A stretch of 60,333 nucleotides of DNA. Source: Minisyncoccota bacterium (GTDB lineage: Bacteria > Patescibacteriota > Minisyncoccia > UBA6257). Below the pieces are notes generated by a model. That model saw only the letters and a program-made list of their open reading frames with translations, had not been told where the DNA came from and made no database searches. Numbering within the stretch: the first letter of the stretch is position 1; each line of letters opens with the position of its first letter. The stretch is from assembly GCA_035385585.1 (NCBI GenBank), contig DAOOKJ010000003.1, forward strand, positions 1 to 60,333, in the 5' to 3' direction. Below are positions 24,452 to 33,727 of this stretch, piece by piece. A program made the position numbers and the translations under genes.

Positions 24452-24460
24452 ACCTAGATA

Positions 24461-24883
24461 TTAAAATCTTACCAAAGAGTTCTTAGCAAGATTGTCTTCT
24501 TTTAAATTCAAATAACTTATATTTTTTACTGGAACAAAATGATTTTCTTCTGCCCATTTATTAATCTCAACAGTTGATTGAGCATCGGCTAATTCTTCTT
24601 GAAGAGTGGCTAATTTTTCTTCTGTTTGACTAATTTCGTTTCTAAGTTTATAAATCTGGTAATCTAAAGAAATATTCTGACCATATAAAATAAGCCAAAA
24701 AATGAGAAAGGTTATCAGTGGAGCGAAAAGAAACACCGCTAATTTGATATGACCAAAATGTTTCTTAATGTCTAAAATTGGAGAAAAGAAGTGAAATTTC
24801 TTGCTGGGATATTTACGGCTTGAAACAAGAACAATTGGCCGCCTGATTTTTTTTGAATTGGAGTAATCGTAGATAATTGTCAT
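24461..24883 (-). CDS. ftsL: Cell division protein FtsL-like
   Basis: 140 aa with a single TM segment plus coiled coil. Located between rsmH and ftsI. Call rests on synteny. Confidence 0.55.
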   Translation of the reverse strand: MTIIYDYSNSKKIRRPIVLVSSRKYPSKKFHFFSPILDIKKHFGHIKLAVFLFAPLITFLIFWLILYGQNISLDYQIYKLRNEISQTEEKLATLQEELADAQSTVEINKWAEENHFVPVKNISYLNLKEDNLAKNSLVRF

Positions 24884-24887
24884 ATTT

Positions 24888-25787
24888 TTATTTATTAATT
24901 TTTTTTATTGTCCTTAATTTTGCTGAACTAGATTTAGGATTTAGTGAAATTTCTTCTTTTGAGGGAGTAATTGGTTTTTTTGTGAGAATTTCACCCTTGT
25001 TTTGTTTTTCTAATTCTTTAAAAAAATTTTTGATAATTCTATCTTCGAGCGAATGAAAAGAAATGACAACTAATCTTCCATTTGGTTTCAAAACTTCAAA
25101 AGCCTCATCTATCCCTTTTTTGATATTTTCTAATTCGTTATTAGTTGCGATTCTTAAGGCCTGAAAAGTTCTGGTAGGAAAAGGGAGGCGATGTTTATCA
25201 TAGTTTCTGGGTAGGACTCTTTTTAAAAGTTCAACCAAATCCATTGTTGTTTCAAACTTTTTCTCTTTTCTTGTTTTGACAACTGCCTTCGCTATTTTAA
25301 AAGAATATCTTTCTTCACCAAATTCTCTTAAAATTTTTTCAATTTCTTTCTCCGGATACCAGTTAAGAATATCTTTGGCTGTTAAATCCTGATTAACATC
25401 AAATCTCATATCAAGCGGCTCGTTTTTTTTGTAAGTGAAACCGCGGCCGGATTCTTCTAAGTGATAGGTGCAAATCCCAAAGTCAAAGAGAACTCCATTT
25501 ACTTCATAAAACTGATAATCTTTTACTATTTCTTTTAAATTGGTGTAACTACCGTTAACTAAAATCAATCTCTTAATATCTTTAAACCTCTCTTTAACTT
25601 TTTCATAAATTTCTTTGTCAATTTCTATGCCCAAAACTTTTCCCTGAAGCTTATTATGTTCTAAAATTTTTAACGAATGCCCGCCTTCGCCAAATGTCGC
25701 ATCAATAAAATCTTCGTTGGCTTGCGGTTTAAGATATTGGATTACTTCTTTTAAAAGAACGGGTAAATGCATGAAAAAATAAGTCAA
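24888..25787 (-). CDS. rsmH: 16S rRNA (cytosine1402-N4)-methyltransferase RsmH
   Basis: HLPVLLKEV, DATFGEGGHS, ISFHSLEDR motifs. Confidence 0.95.
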   Translation of the reverse strand: MTYFFMHLPVLLKEVIQYLKPQANEDFIDATFGEGGHSLKILEHNKLQGKVLGIEIDKEIYEKVKERFKDIKRLILVNGSYTNLKEIVKDYQFYEVNGVLFDFGICTYHLEESGRGFTYKKNEPLDMRFDVNQDLTAKDILNWYPEKEIEKILREFGEERYSFKIAKAVVKTRKEKKFETTMDLVELLKRVLPRNYDKHRLPFPTRTFQALRIATNNELENIKKGIDEAFEVLKPNGRLVVISFHSLEDRIIKNFFKELEKQNKGEILTKKPITPSKEEISLNPKSSSAKLRTIKKINK

Positions 25788-25841
25788 ATTTCAAAGGTCA
25801 AAAGCCTAAATTAATGGTTAATAAAACTGTCATCCTGAATA

Positions 25842-26273
25842 TTATATCCCTAAGTCACTCAGTTTTTCCGCAATATCACTTGATTCTTTTTCCGTGCGTT
25901 TTTTATATTCTTCCCAAAGTTCTTCATCCCAAATTTCCAACCGGTTATAAACACCGGCAATTACAATTCTTTTTTTTAAATTGGCAAATTTTCGCAGATA
26001 ATCAGGAATAACAATTCTTCCCTGGTTATCTAACAAAACATTCATTGCGCCAGCCAGCATTAATCTTTGAAAAGCCCGAGAATTTGCCTGACTCAAAGGT
26101 AAATTTTTAATTTTTGATACTATCTCCTCCCAATCTTTTTTCGGAAAAATAAATAAACAATTATCAAGTCCCCGAGTAATAGTTACCTCTTCGCCTAAAA
26201 GAGTTCTCAATTTTGCCGGCATTGCGATTCTTCCTTTTGAATCTAAATTGTAATGATATTCGCCAATTAACAT
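25842..26273 (-). CDS. mraZ: Transcriptional regulator MraZ
   Basis: Two SpoVT/AbrB-like halves: LDSKGRIAMPAKLR and LDNQGRIVIPDYLR. Confidence 0.93.
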   Translation of the reverse strand: MLIGEYHYNLDSKGRIAMPAKLRTLLGEEVTITRGLDNCLFIFPKKDWEEIVSKIKNLPLSQANSRAFQRLMLAGAMNVLLDNQGRIVIPDYLRKFANLKKRIVIAGVYNRLEIWDEELWEEYKKRTEKESSDIAEKLSDLGI

Positions 26274-26281
26274 ATTTTAAG

Positions 26282-26472
26282 TTATCCACAATTACCCTTA
26301 GTTATCCCCACAGTTATCCACAATCATCCACTTTCCTCCATTTTATTATTTTTTCAACCCTAAAGTCAAGAGTAAATACCACTAAAAAACACCCTTTGAA
26401 TAAAGGGTGTTTTTTTGCTTTAATAATAGATATTCCTTTTTTACCTGTTTACTTATCCACTATTTATTCACA
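26282..26472 (+). promoter_or_regulatory. Cluster of co-oriented TTATCCACA-like 9-mers (DnaA boxes and/or MraZ operator repeats)
   Basis: TTATCCACA at 26282-90, TTATCCCCA at 26302-10, TTATCCACA at 26314-22, TCATCCACT at 26324-32, TTATCCACT at 26453-61, TTATTCACA at 26464-72. AT-rich stretch at 26580-26640. Confidence 0.5.
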
Positions 26473-26755
26473 TCAACTTTTGCTTCTTTTCATTTGCCAA
26501 AAATTCTTTTTTAGTTTCTTCAAAAAAAGACTTGCTGTCAAATTGTTCCGAGGATTTTGGCATAAATTTTATCTATCACATATTATATCACTTTTTAAAA
26601 ATATTATAAACTCACTAATATTTTTAGAACTAAAAAAGGCGGCTAATGATTCCCCGCTTTTTGCCACCTCTCGTATATCAAATTTCAATTGAATCTTTTC
26701 CGCTTAATGCTCCCGCAAACCTCTGAAATTCAAGTAAAGTAAGGTAAGACTTCTG

Positions 26756-26830
26756 TGGTGGGCAATGCAGGATTCGAACCTGCGACCTCGTCGATGTGAA
26801 CGACGCGCTCTGCCACTGAGCTAATTACCC
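26756..26830 (-). tRNA. tRNA-Val (anticodon CAC), CCA encoded
   Basis: Minus strand reads GGGTAAT-TA-GCTC..GAGC-G-CGTCG-TTCACAT-CGACG-AGGTC-GCAGG-TTCGAAT-CCTGC-ATTGCCC-A-CCA. 75 nt. Confidence 0.9.
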
Positions 26831-26938
26831 AATGATGCAAAAGCAAATTAAGATATACACTCTTTTTAATAAATCATAGCAAAATTTCTATAAAAAAGAA
26901 ACTCTATTATTAGAGTTTCTTTCATCCTATCGTCTTTT

Positions 26939-27340
26939 TTATTTTATTTCAACGCTTGCTCCGGCTTCTTCTAATTTCATTTTAATCTCTTCTGCTTCGG
27001 CTAAAGAGATATTTTCTTTAACCGGCTTTGGCGCGGCGTCAACCAAATCTTTTGATTCTTTAAGGCCTAAACCTAACAAATCCTTTACCACTTTAATAAC
27101 TTGTAATTTTGATTGTCCGCTATCTTTTAAAATCACGGAAACTGTTTCTTTCTGAGCCGCTTCCCCGGCATCAGATTGAGACGCATTAGCGGCGCCAGTA
27201 TTAGATATTACCGGCATGGCGGAAACGCCAAATTTCTCTTCCAAGGCCTTTACTAAATCATTTAATTCTAAAACTGAAAGTTCTTCTATTTCTTTAATGA
27301 TTTTTTCCAATTTTTCTGATAGTTTTTTTTCTTCTGCCAT
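26939..27340 (-). CDS. rplL: 50S ribosomal protein L7/L12
   Basis: Ala-rich hinge and a C-terminal LKESKDLVD...LEEAGASVEIK. Confidence 0.95.
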   Translation of the reverse strand: MAEEKKLSEKLEKIIKEIEELSVLELNDLVKALEEKFGVSAMPVISNTGAANASQSDAGEAAQKETVSVILKDSGQSKLQVIKVVKDLLGLGLKESKDLVDAAPKPVKENISLAEAEEIKMKLEEAGASVEIK

Positions 27341-27428
27341 ATTTTTAGTTTAAAATTATTTTAAGGTATCTGAAACAAGTTCAGAGATCCCTCGCTTTGC
27401 TCGGGATGACAACTTAGTTGTCATTTTT

Positions 27429-27959
27429 TTATTGTTTTCCTACTGATTGTTTTCCTATTGCATTGATTACCATCGCTAATCTAAAAAGATTGCTTTTCAA
27501 AGAATAAGCTAAACGATAAAAGGGTGAATAAACTGCTCCTGCTAACCGACCATATAAAACATTTTTAGCAGGGATATTTGCCAACTCTTCTACCACGCTG
27601 GCTGTCAAAAACTCATTGTTTAACAAACCTCCTATAATTTTGAAATTTTCATTCTGTTTGGAAAATTCTTTTACAATCTTGGCTGGGGCAAGGGGGTCTT
27701 CAAAAGCAAAATTAACCAATACTGACCCTTCTAATTTTTCTCGCCAATCCTCCTTTAATCCCTTTCTTTTCAAAGCCAAATCTAAAAGAGTTTTCTTAAT
27801 TACCTTCGCCTTACCGCCAACTTCTTTTAATTTCGCTTTGTAATTGTTTAACTGGGAAGTTTTCACTCCATTAATTGATGAGAAATAAAGAGCAGTGGCT
27901 TCGCCTAAATCCTCTTCCAGTTCTTTTATAATCTCCCGTTTTTTATCTTTTGAAATCAT
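27429..27959 (-). CDS. rplJ: 50S ribosomal protein L10
   Basis: 176 aa immediately upstream of rplL, with L10-like N-terminal domain features. Confidence 0.9.
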   Translation of the reverse strand: MISKDKKREIIKELEEDLGEATALYFSSINGVKTSQLNNYKAKLKEVGGKAKVIKKTLLDLALKRKGLKEDWREKLEGSVLVNFAFEDPLAPAKIVKEFSKQNENFKIIGGLLNNEFLTASVVEELANIPAKNVLYGRLAGAVYSPFYRLAYSLKSNLFRLAMVINAIGKQSVGKQ

Positions 27960-28079
27960 AATAAAAAATGTCTATTAGTTTAATAGACATTAGGCTCTTT
28001 TAAAAGCAGAAAAGCCGATTTTCCCTCGTTAGGCTTTACCCCTTAAAGGCACCTAATGTCTTCGGAATAGATATAATTA

Positions 28080-28108
28080 AGTGTAGCAAAATATTAAAAT
28101 AAAGTCAA
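28080..28108 (-). promoter_or_regulatory. Putative rplJL promoter
   Basis: Minus strand reads TTGACT-17 nt-TACACT, directly after the tRNA-Thr terminator hairpin. It is followed by a ~110-nt leader with a hairpin at 27966-27990. Confidence 0.4.
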
Positions 28109-28173
28109 CCCCGCACCTTTAAAGATTGATTTTATAAATATGCCTTTGGCATTTATCTTCTAAAGGTGCGGGG
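28109..28173 (-). terminator. Long hairpin downstream of tRNA-Thr
   Basis: ccccgcaccttta pairs with taaaggtgcgggg (13 bp perfect), with an inner aaatatgcc/ggcatttat helix. Confidence 0.5.
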
Positions 28174-28181
28174 CAACTCAG

Positions 28182-28254
28182 AGCCGATGGTCGGAATCGA
28201 ACCGACAACCTTACCCTTACGAAGGGTCTGCTCTTCCTATTGAGCTACATCGGC
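28182..28254 (-). tRNA. tRNA-Thr (anticodon CGU), no encoded CCA
   Basis: Minus strand reads GCCGATG-TA-GCTC..GAGC-A-GACCC-TTCGTAA-GGGTA-AGGTT-GTCGG-TTCGATT-CCGAC-CATCGGC-T. 73 nt. Confidence 0.88.
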
Positions 28255-28324
28255 TTTTTATTTTTATTTTACCACAAATTAGTAAAATTGCCAGACAATT
28301 CAATTTTTGTTAGAATGAGTCTGA

Positions 28325-29404
28325 ATGACTGATTATAATAAAAAAGTAGTTTTGGGAATGTCCGGAGGCGTAGACTCTTCAATGAGTTTAATTTTACTTA
28401 AAAAAAGAGGTTATGAGCCTATTGGAATAACTCTCAAACTTCCTGTTTGGAAAAATCAAAAAAATCTTTTAAGAGAAAATATCTGCTGTACTACAGAATC
28501 TATTAATTTGGCAAAGTCAATCTGCCAACAATTTGACGTTCCGTATTTTATTCTAAATAAACAAAAAGAATTTAAAAAAACAGTAGTCAATTATTTTAAA
28601 AAAGAAATTAAAAATAACAGAACGCCGAACCCCTGCGTAATTTGCAATCGTTATTTTAAATTTAAATATTTGATTGATTGGGCAAAAAAACATAAAATTT
28701 TTTATATTGCAACTGGCCATTACGCTAAAATCAAATACAATCCGAAAACAAAAAAATATGAACTATTCAGGGCAAAAGACAAAAAAAAAGACCAAAGTTA
28801 TAATTTATCTTTTCTAACCCAGAATCAGTTAAAACGCCTTATTTTCCCCATTGGTAATTTATATAAAAAAGAGGTTTATAAATTAATAGAAAAAGAAAGA
28901 TTCTCCATTTTTTGCCAAAAACCTCAGAGCCAGGATTTTTGTTTTGTTTCCGGCAAATCGCTTCAGGAATTCATTAAAAGTTATCTAAAACCAAAACCAG
29001 GATTAATCATTGATAAATCGGGAAAGATTCTCGGCAAACACAATGGCTTAAATTTCTATACTTTAGGCCAAAGAAAAGGCTTAAAATTGGCGAACGGTCC
29101 TTTTTATGTTTTAAATTTTAAACCGAAAGAAAATACCCTTGTTGTTACTAATAATAAAAGGGATTTATTAAAAAGAGAAATTGTTATTTCACCAATAAAT
29201 TTTATTAGCGGTATTCCGCCTAAAAAGCCAATTGAAGTAATGGTCAAAACTCGTTCGCAGCAAAAATTAAGCAAAGCAAATCTGATTCCTTTTAGAAGAA
29301 AATATAAAATAAAATTTAAAAAACCAGTTCTTTCGCCAACTCCTGGGCAATTCGCAGTTTTCTATCAAAACAACAAGTGTCTTGGAGGTGGCGTAATAAA
29401 CTAG
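28325..29404 (+). CDS. mnmA: tRNA-specific 2-thiouridylase MnmA
   Basis: PP-loop GMSGGVDSS, NPCVICN, GHYA motifs. Confidence 0.93.
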   Translation: MTDYNKKVVLGMSGGVDSSMSLILLKKRGYEPIGITLKLPVWKNQKNLLRENICCTTESINLAKSICQQFDVPYFILNKQKEFKKTVVNYFKKEIKNNRTPNPCVICNRYFKFKYLIDWAKKHKIFYIATGHYAKIKYNPKTKKYELFRAKDKKKDQSYNLSFLTQNQLKRLIFPIGNLYKKEVYKLIEKERFSIFCQKPQSQDFCFVSGKSLQEFIKSYLKPKPGLIIDKSGKILGKHNGLNFYTLGQRKGLKLANGPFYVLNFKPKENTLVVTNNKRDLLKREIVISPINFISGIPPKKPIEVMVKTRSQQKLSKANLIPFRRKYKIKFKKPVLSPTPGQFAVFYQNNKCLGGGVIN

Positions 29405-29782
29405 GCTGTCTGCCTCCAATACTGCTTCAGCGCTGGTTGTCAACTCGCTCCAGCCGCTGAGTCGCAGCCTAAACTCTTGGGTTAACGGCTTTCGCTTCGC
29501 TCTAGAAAAAGCCTATTGAGATTACAAGGCTTGCCTCAAAAATATTGGGGCAAATTTTAAAACAATGAATATACAATCACTAACATTTAATCTAAATTAA
29601 GAGTTACTTATAAGATAAGGAGGCAATATGGCAACGGTTTCAGTTCTAAAAGTTAAAAGAAACAAACTGACAATCAAAAAATCATTTCTTTATTAAAAAT
29701 TATTAGCTAGCTTCCTTTTTTTAATTCCAAAACATTTCTTATTTGATGAATAATTTCTTAAATAAAGGAGGTTAAATTATTG

Positions 29783-29853
29783 AGCGGGTGAAGGGAATCG
29801 AACCCTCTCCTTGACCTTGGGAAGGTCACGTACTGCCAATATACTACACCCGC
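29783..29853 (-). tRNA. tRNA-Gly (anticodon CCC), no encoded CCA
   Basis: Minus strand reads GCGGGTG-TA-GTAT..GTAC-G-TGACC-TTCCCAA-GGTCA-..-GAGGG-TTCGATT-CCCTT-CACCCGC-T. 71 nt. Confidence 0.88.
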
Positions 29854-29872
29854 ATTTTTCTCTCTTACCTTT

Positions 29873-30283
29873 CTAATTCGTTTTAAATATTTTTAAAATA
29901 TTATACCATAAGTCTTTTAAAGCCTCAAAAAAACTCTTTGTCTCTAATGTATTTTCGGTAGTTGTTGATGTAATTGAGGTTTCTGGAATAGTTCCCTTTG
30001 GCGGAATGACTAAAACAACTTCTTCGCCTTCTTTTTTTAGACCAAGCATCAGTCTTGCCTGTTTTTCTAATTTTTCTTTAAGGTTGCTTTCGCTTTTAAT
30101 TTTTTCTAAATTGCTTATTTCTTCTTCTAATTGCTTTTCTCTTGCTAATAATTTTGAAATTTCTTGTTTGAGATATTGCCGACGTTGGTAATCTTGGTAT
30201 AACCGATAGAAAAGTCCCCCTAAAAGAAGTAAAACTATAATTACAAAAAAGAAGTTTCTAATTTTTATTAGTAAATTTTTCAT
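29873..30283 (-). CDS. Septum formation initiator (FtsB/DivIC-like)
   Basis: N-terminal TM segment, leucine-zipper coiled coil, ARLMLGLKKEGEEVV motif. Confidence 0.65.
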   Translation of the reverse strand: MKNLLIKIRNFFFVIIVLLLLGGLFYRLYQDYQRRQYLKQEISKLLAREKQLEEEISNLEKIKSESNLKEKLEKQARLMLGLKKEGEEVVLVIPPKGTIPETSITSTTTENTLETKSFFEALKDLWYNILKIFKTN

Positions 30284-30345
30284 AATGTAGGTCTTGTATA
30301 ATAATTATAACTATTTGCCTAGATGTAATTCTCAACTAAATCCAT

Positions 30346-32142
30346 TTAATGTTCGTCTTTTTTGGTGAATAATTTGACAAAAACCGAGGAGGGAATTTCT
30401 AAATCTGCTTGTTGGAGCAGTTTCTTTTTTCCTTTTTTTTGTTTTTTCCAAAGTTTTTCCTTTCGCGTTCTGTCGCCGCCGTATAAATGGCCAGTAACAT
30501 CTTTTTTTAAAGCCGGGATTGTTTCTCGGGCAATAATCCTCCCTAACCCCCTTATCTGAATGGCAACTGGATAATTTTGCCGCGGAATTAATTCTTTTAA
30601 TCTTAACGCCAAAGACCGCGCTTCTTTTTCTATTTTCTCTTTTAAAACTATCTGACTTAAGCTTTCAAAGACCTTGCCCGCTAAAAGCACTTCCATTTTT
30701 TCCAAGTTTGCCGGTTTATAAAACTCTTCTCTTTTATAATCCATTGAGCCGTAGCCAGAAGAAACTGATTTTAAATCATCATAAAAATTTCGAACAACTT
30801 CTTCAAGCGGTAAGTCTAATTTAATTTCTAATTTCTCATTAAAAGTATTAGTAATAATATTTTCTCCTCTTTTAAATGAGATTAATTTTAAAACTGGCGC
30901 TAAATATAAAGAGGGGGTAATAATTTCTGCTTCAACCCACGGCTCTTCGCTTTGTTCAATCAGTTCTTCTTCTGGCCATTGATTTGGATTAGTAATAATT
31001 AAGGGCTCTTTTTGATTTTTGATTTTTACCCGGTATGGCACTGTTGGATTTACCACTACTAGATCAAGGCCATATTCTTCCTTTAATCTCTCCTGGATTA
31101 TTTCTAAGTGAAAAAGGCCTAAAAAACCCAAACGAAAACCTCTTCCCAATACCTCGGAAGTCTCGGGCATATACTCCAACGCCCAATCATTTAGTTTTAA
31201 TTTTAAAAGGGCTGTACGGAAATTTTCAAACTCTTTTGAAGAATCCCCCTTCTTTAAATAAAAACTGGCATAGACCATTGGCTTTGGTTGACTATATTCT
31301 ATTTCTTTTAAATTATAACTTTTATTTTCTAAAATTAAATAATCCCCCACTCTGATTTTATCCGGCTCTTTTAAGCCGGTGGCCAACCATCCAATTTCTC
31401 CTGCCTCAAGTGTTTCTTTCTCTTTTAATTCAGGGGAAAAATAACCTAAACTCAAAACTTCTCCTTTACTTTTGTTAAACCAGAGACAAAATCTCTCCCC
31501 TTTTTTTATTTTTCCTTCGAGCACTCTAATATAAGCAATAATTCCCTTAAAATAATCAAATTTGCTGTCAAAAATTAAAGCGCAAAAATTTTGATCTATT
31601 TCTGTTTTTGGGGGAGGAATTTCCCTAATAATTCTTTCCAACAATTCTTTTACTCCTGTTCCGTTTTTAGCAGAGATTAAAGAAATTTCTTCTGGTTTGA
31701 TATTTAAAAGTTTTACCAATTCTTTTTTTCTATCTTCTAAATTATAATTTTCTAAATCAATTTTATTTAAAACTGGAATAATTTTTAAATTTTGCTTTAA
31801 AGCCAAATTTAAATGGGAAATCGTTTGAGCCTGAATTCCCTGACCGATGTCAACCAAAAGAATAGCGCCTTCAACTGCCTTTAAAGCCCTTGAAACTTCA
31901 AAAGAAAAATCAACGTGGCCGGGGGTATCAATTAAATTCAAAATACAATTATGGTAGCGCATTGTTACCGGATGCATTTTAATTGTTACACCGTGCTCTT
32001 TTTCCAAATTCATTTTGTCTAAATACTGTGGTTCTAACTTTAATCGAGGGACTGTTTCAGTTAATTCCAAAAACCTGTCTGCCAAAGTAGACTTCCCGTG
32101 ATCGATGTGGGCAATAATGACGAAATTACGAATGTTGGTCAT
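30346..32142 (-). CDS. lepA: Elongation factor 4 (LepA)
   Basis: IRNFVIIAHIDHGKSTLADR, DTPGHVDF, NKID, and the LepA C-terminal domain. Confidence 0.95.
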   Translation of the reverse strand: MTNIRNFVIIAHIDHGKSTLADRFLELTETVPRLKLEPQYLDKMNLEKEHGVTIKMHPVTMRYHNCILNLIDTPGHVDFSFEVSRALKAVEGAILLVDIGQGIQAQTISHLNLALKQNLKIIPVLNKIDLENYNLEDRKKELVKLLNIKPEEISLISAKNGTGVKELLERIIREIPPPKTEIDQNFCALIFDSKFDYFKGIIAYIRVLEGKIKKGERFCLWFNKSKGEVLSLGYFSPELKEKETLEAGEIGWLATGLKEPDKIRVGDYLILENKSYNLKEIEYSQPKPMVYASFYLKKGDSSKEFENFRTALLKLKLNDWALEYMPETSEVLGRGFRLGFLGLFHLEIIQERLKEEYGLDLVVVNPTVPYRVKIKNQKEPLIITNPNQWPEEELIEQSEEPWVEAEIITPSLYLAPVLKLISFKRGENIITNTFNEKLEIKLDLPLEEVVRNFYDDLKSVSSGYGSMDYKREEFYKPANLEKMEVLLAGKVFESLSQIVLKEKIEKEARSLALRLKELIPRQNYPVAIQIRGLGRIIARETIPALKKDVTGHLYGGDRTRKEKLWKKQKKGKKKLLQQADLEIPSSVFVKLFTKKDEH

Positions 32143-33727
32143 TTTTTCTAATAATCCTCTTTTTGAAATAACCTAAAATATCTTTAACTTCTTTAATCTC
32201 TAAAATTTTACAAACTATTAAAAAAATTAAAAGAGTTAAAGCAAAAGAAATAATACTGGAAAAAACTAAATTTTTTACTTTTGAAAAAGGATAAATTCCC
32301 CTCAAGAAACTTATAGAAAGAAAACCAATTACACTACTTAAAATTGAAGCAGTTAATATTTTTATTAAAGACTTTAAAAATTCTTTTTTATTTTCTAGGG
32401 GAATCTGCAAATGTTTTCTAAGAAAAAGAAATAAAAGCAAAGAATAGATAATATAAGTAAGAAGAATTCCCAGGGCTAAACCGCTTGCTTTTAGTTTTAA
32501 ACCAAGATAAAAACAGATTAAAAGTCCAGCGCCATAAGATAAAAGACTAGCAAAAAATGGCCTTTTAGCGTCTTTTTTGGCAAAAAACACTTTTAAAAGA
32601 TAATAATTTAAACTCTGAAAAATCATTGCCAAAGACATAATTTCTAACACCTTCATCGTGTTTAAAGTCGCCTGCCAATCAAATTTCCCATAGCCTAAAA
32701 GCAGTCTTACAATCGGCTCCCTAAAAACAATCATCCAAAAAGATAAGGGAATGATAAAAAACAAAATCAAAAGCAAGGTTTTTTCGTAATTAAAAATAAA
32801 CTCGTCTTTTTTCTTCTCTGATTCAAGTCTGGATAAATAAGGAAAAGCGGCATCAGCCAAAGGTAAAGCAAAAATAGTATAAGGCAAAATATTATCAACA
32901 AAACTGAAAATAGTAATCGTTCCTTCTTTTAAAAGAGTGGCTATTGAGGTTACCCCGAGCAAAAAAATTTGTGAGATAATTATGCTCAAAGTTCGAGAAG
33001 ACATCACTGCAAATAATTTTTTTATACTAAAAACAAAAGTTGAGATTTTAAATCTTTTAAATCGATATCCTAAGTTTAAAAGTGACGGCACCTGAATTAA
33101 AACATGAGCTACAGCGCCTAAAATTACGCCGAAAATCAATCCATTTAAACCAAATTTAGGAGTAAGAAATAAAATTCCGAAAATAATTCCCAGATTATAA
33201 ACTACTGGCGTCAGGGCGCTGATGAAAAAAAGCCGAAAACTTCTTAAAATAGAAGAAAAAACTGCGGAAATTCCCAAAAGAAGCGGTTGAATCATCAGTA
33301 ATCGAGTCAGAAAAACTGTCATTTTTAAACTTTCTTCGTTAAAGCCAACCAATATTTTTTTCAACAGAGGATAAGCGAAAATAATAACGATTAAACCAAC
33401 TATGATTAAAAGAAAAGAAATCAAGGATAAAATTAAAGAAGAAAATTGCCAGGCTTTTTCTTTATTTTCAACTAAATAATCATTTAAAAGCGGAATAAAA
33501 GCCGCCGAAATGGTGCCAATAATAAAAACATTATAAATAAAATCGGGCAGCCTGAAAGAAGCATAATAAATATCTAAAGCAGCTGAGGCACCAAATTGCG
33601 AAGCAAGCAAAGCGTTTCTTATGAATCCTAAAACAGAACTTAAAAGAGCAAAAACCGAAGTAATTAAACCTGCGCCTAAAATTGTTTCTGTCTGATGATT
33701 CAAAATTTTTTTAAAAATTTGATTCAT
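32126..33727 (-). CDS. murJ: Lipid II flippase MurJ (MviN)
   Basis: 533 aa, about 14 TM segments, N-terminal LLASQFGAS..DIYYASFRLPDF signature. Confidence 0.85.
   Translation of the reverse strand: MNQIFKKILNHQTETILGAGLITSVFALLSSVLGFIRNALLASQFGASAALDIYYASFRLPDFIYNVFIIGTISAAFIPLLNDYLVENKEKAWQFSSLILSLISFLLIIVGLIVIIFAYPLLKKILVGFNEESLKMTVFLTRLLMIQPLLLGISAVFSSILRSFRLFFISALTPVVYNLGIIFGILFLTPKFGLNGLIFGVILGAVAHVLIQVPSLLNLGYRFKRFKISTFVFSIKKLFAVMSSRTLSIIISQIFLLGVTSIATLLKEGTITIFSFVDNILPYTIFALPLADAAFPYLSRLESEKKKDEFIFNYEKTLLLILFFIIPLSFWMIVFREPIVRLLLGYGKFDWQATLNTMKVLEIMSLAMIFQSLNYYLLKVFFAKKDAKRPFFASLLSYGAGLLICFYLGLKLKASGLALGILLTYIIYSLLLFLFLRKHLQIPLENKKEFLKSLIKILTASILSSVIGFLSISFLRGIYPFSKVKNLVFSSIISFALTLLIFLIVCKILEIKEVKDILGYFKKRIIRKNDQHS

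Noticed and set aside
26213-26692. Track ORF of 159 aa on the plus strand.
   Set aside because: It starts antisense inside mraZ and runs through the DnaA-box-like spacer. The composition-driven frame has a low-complexity sequence.
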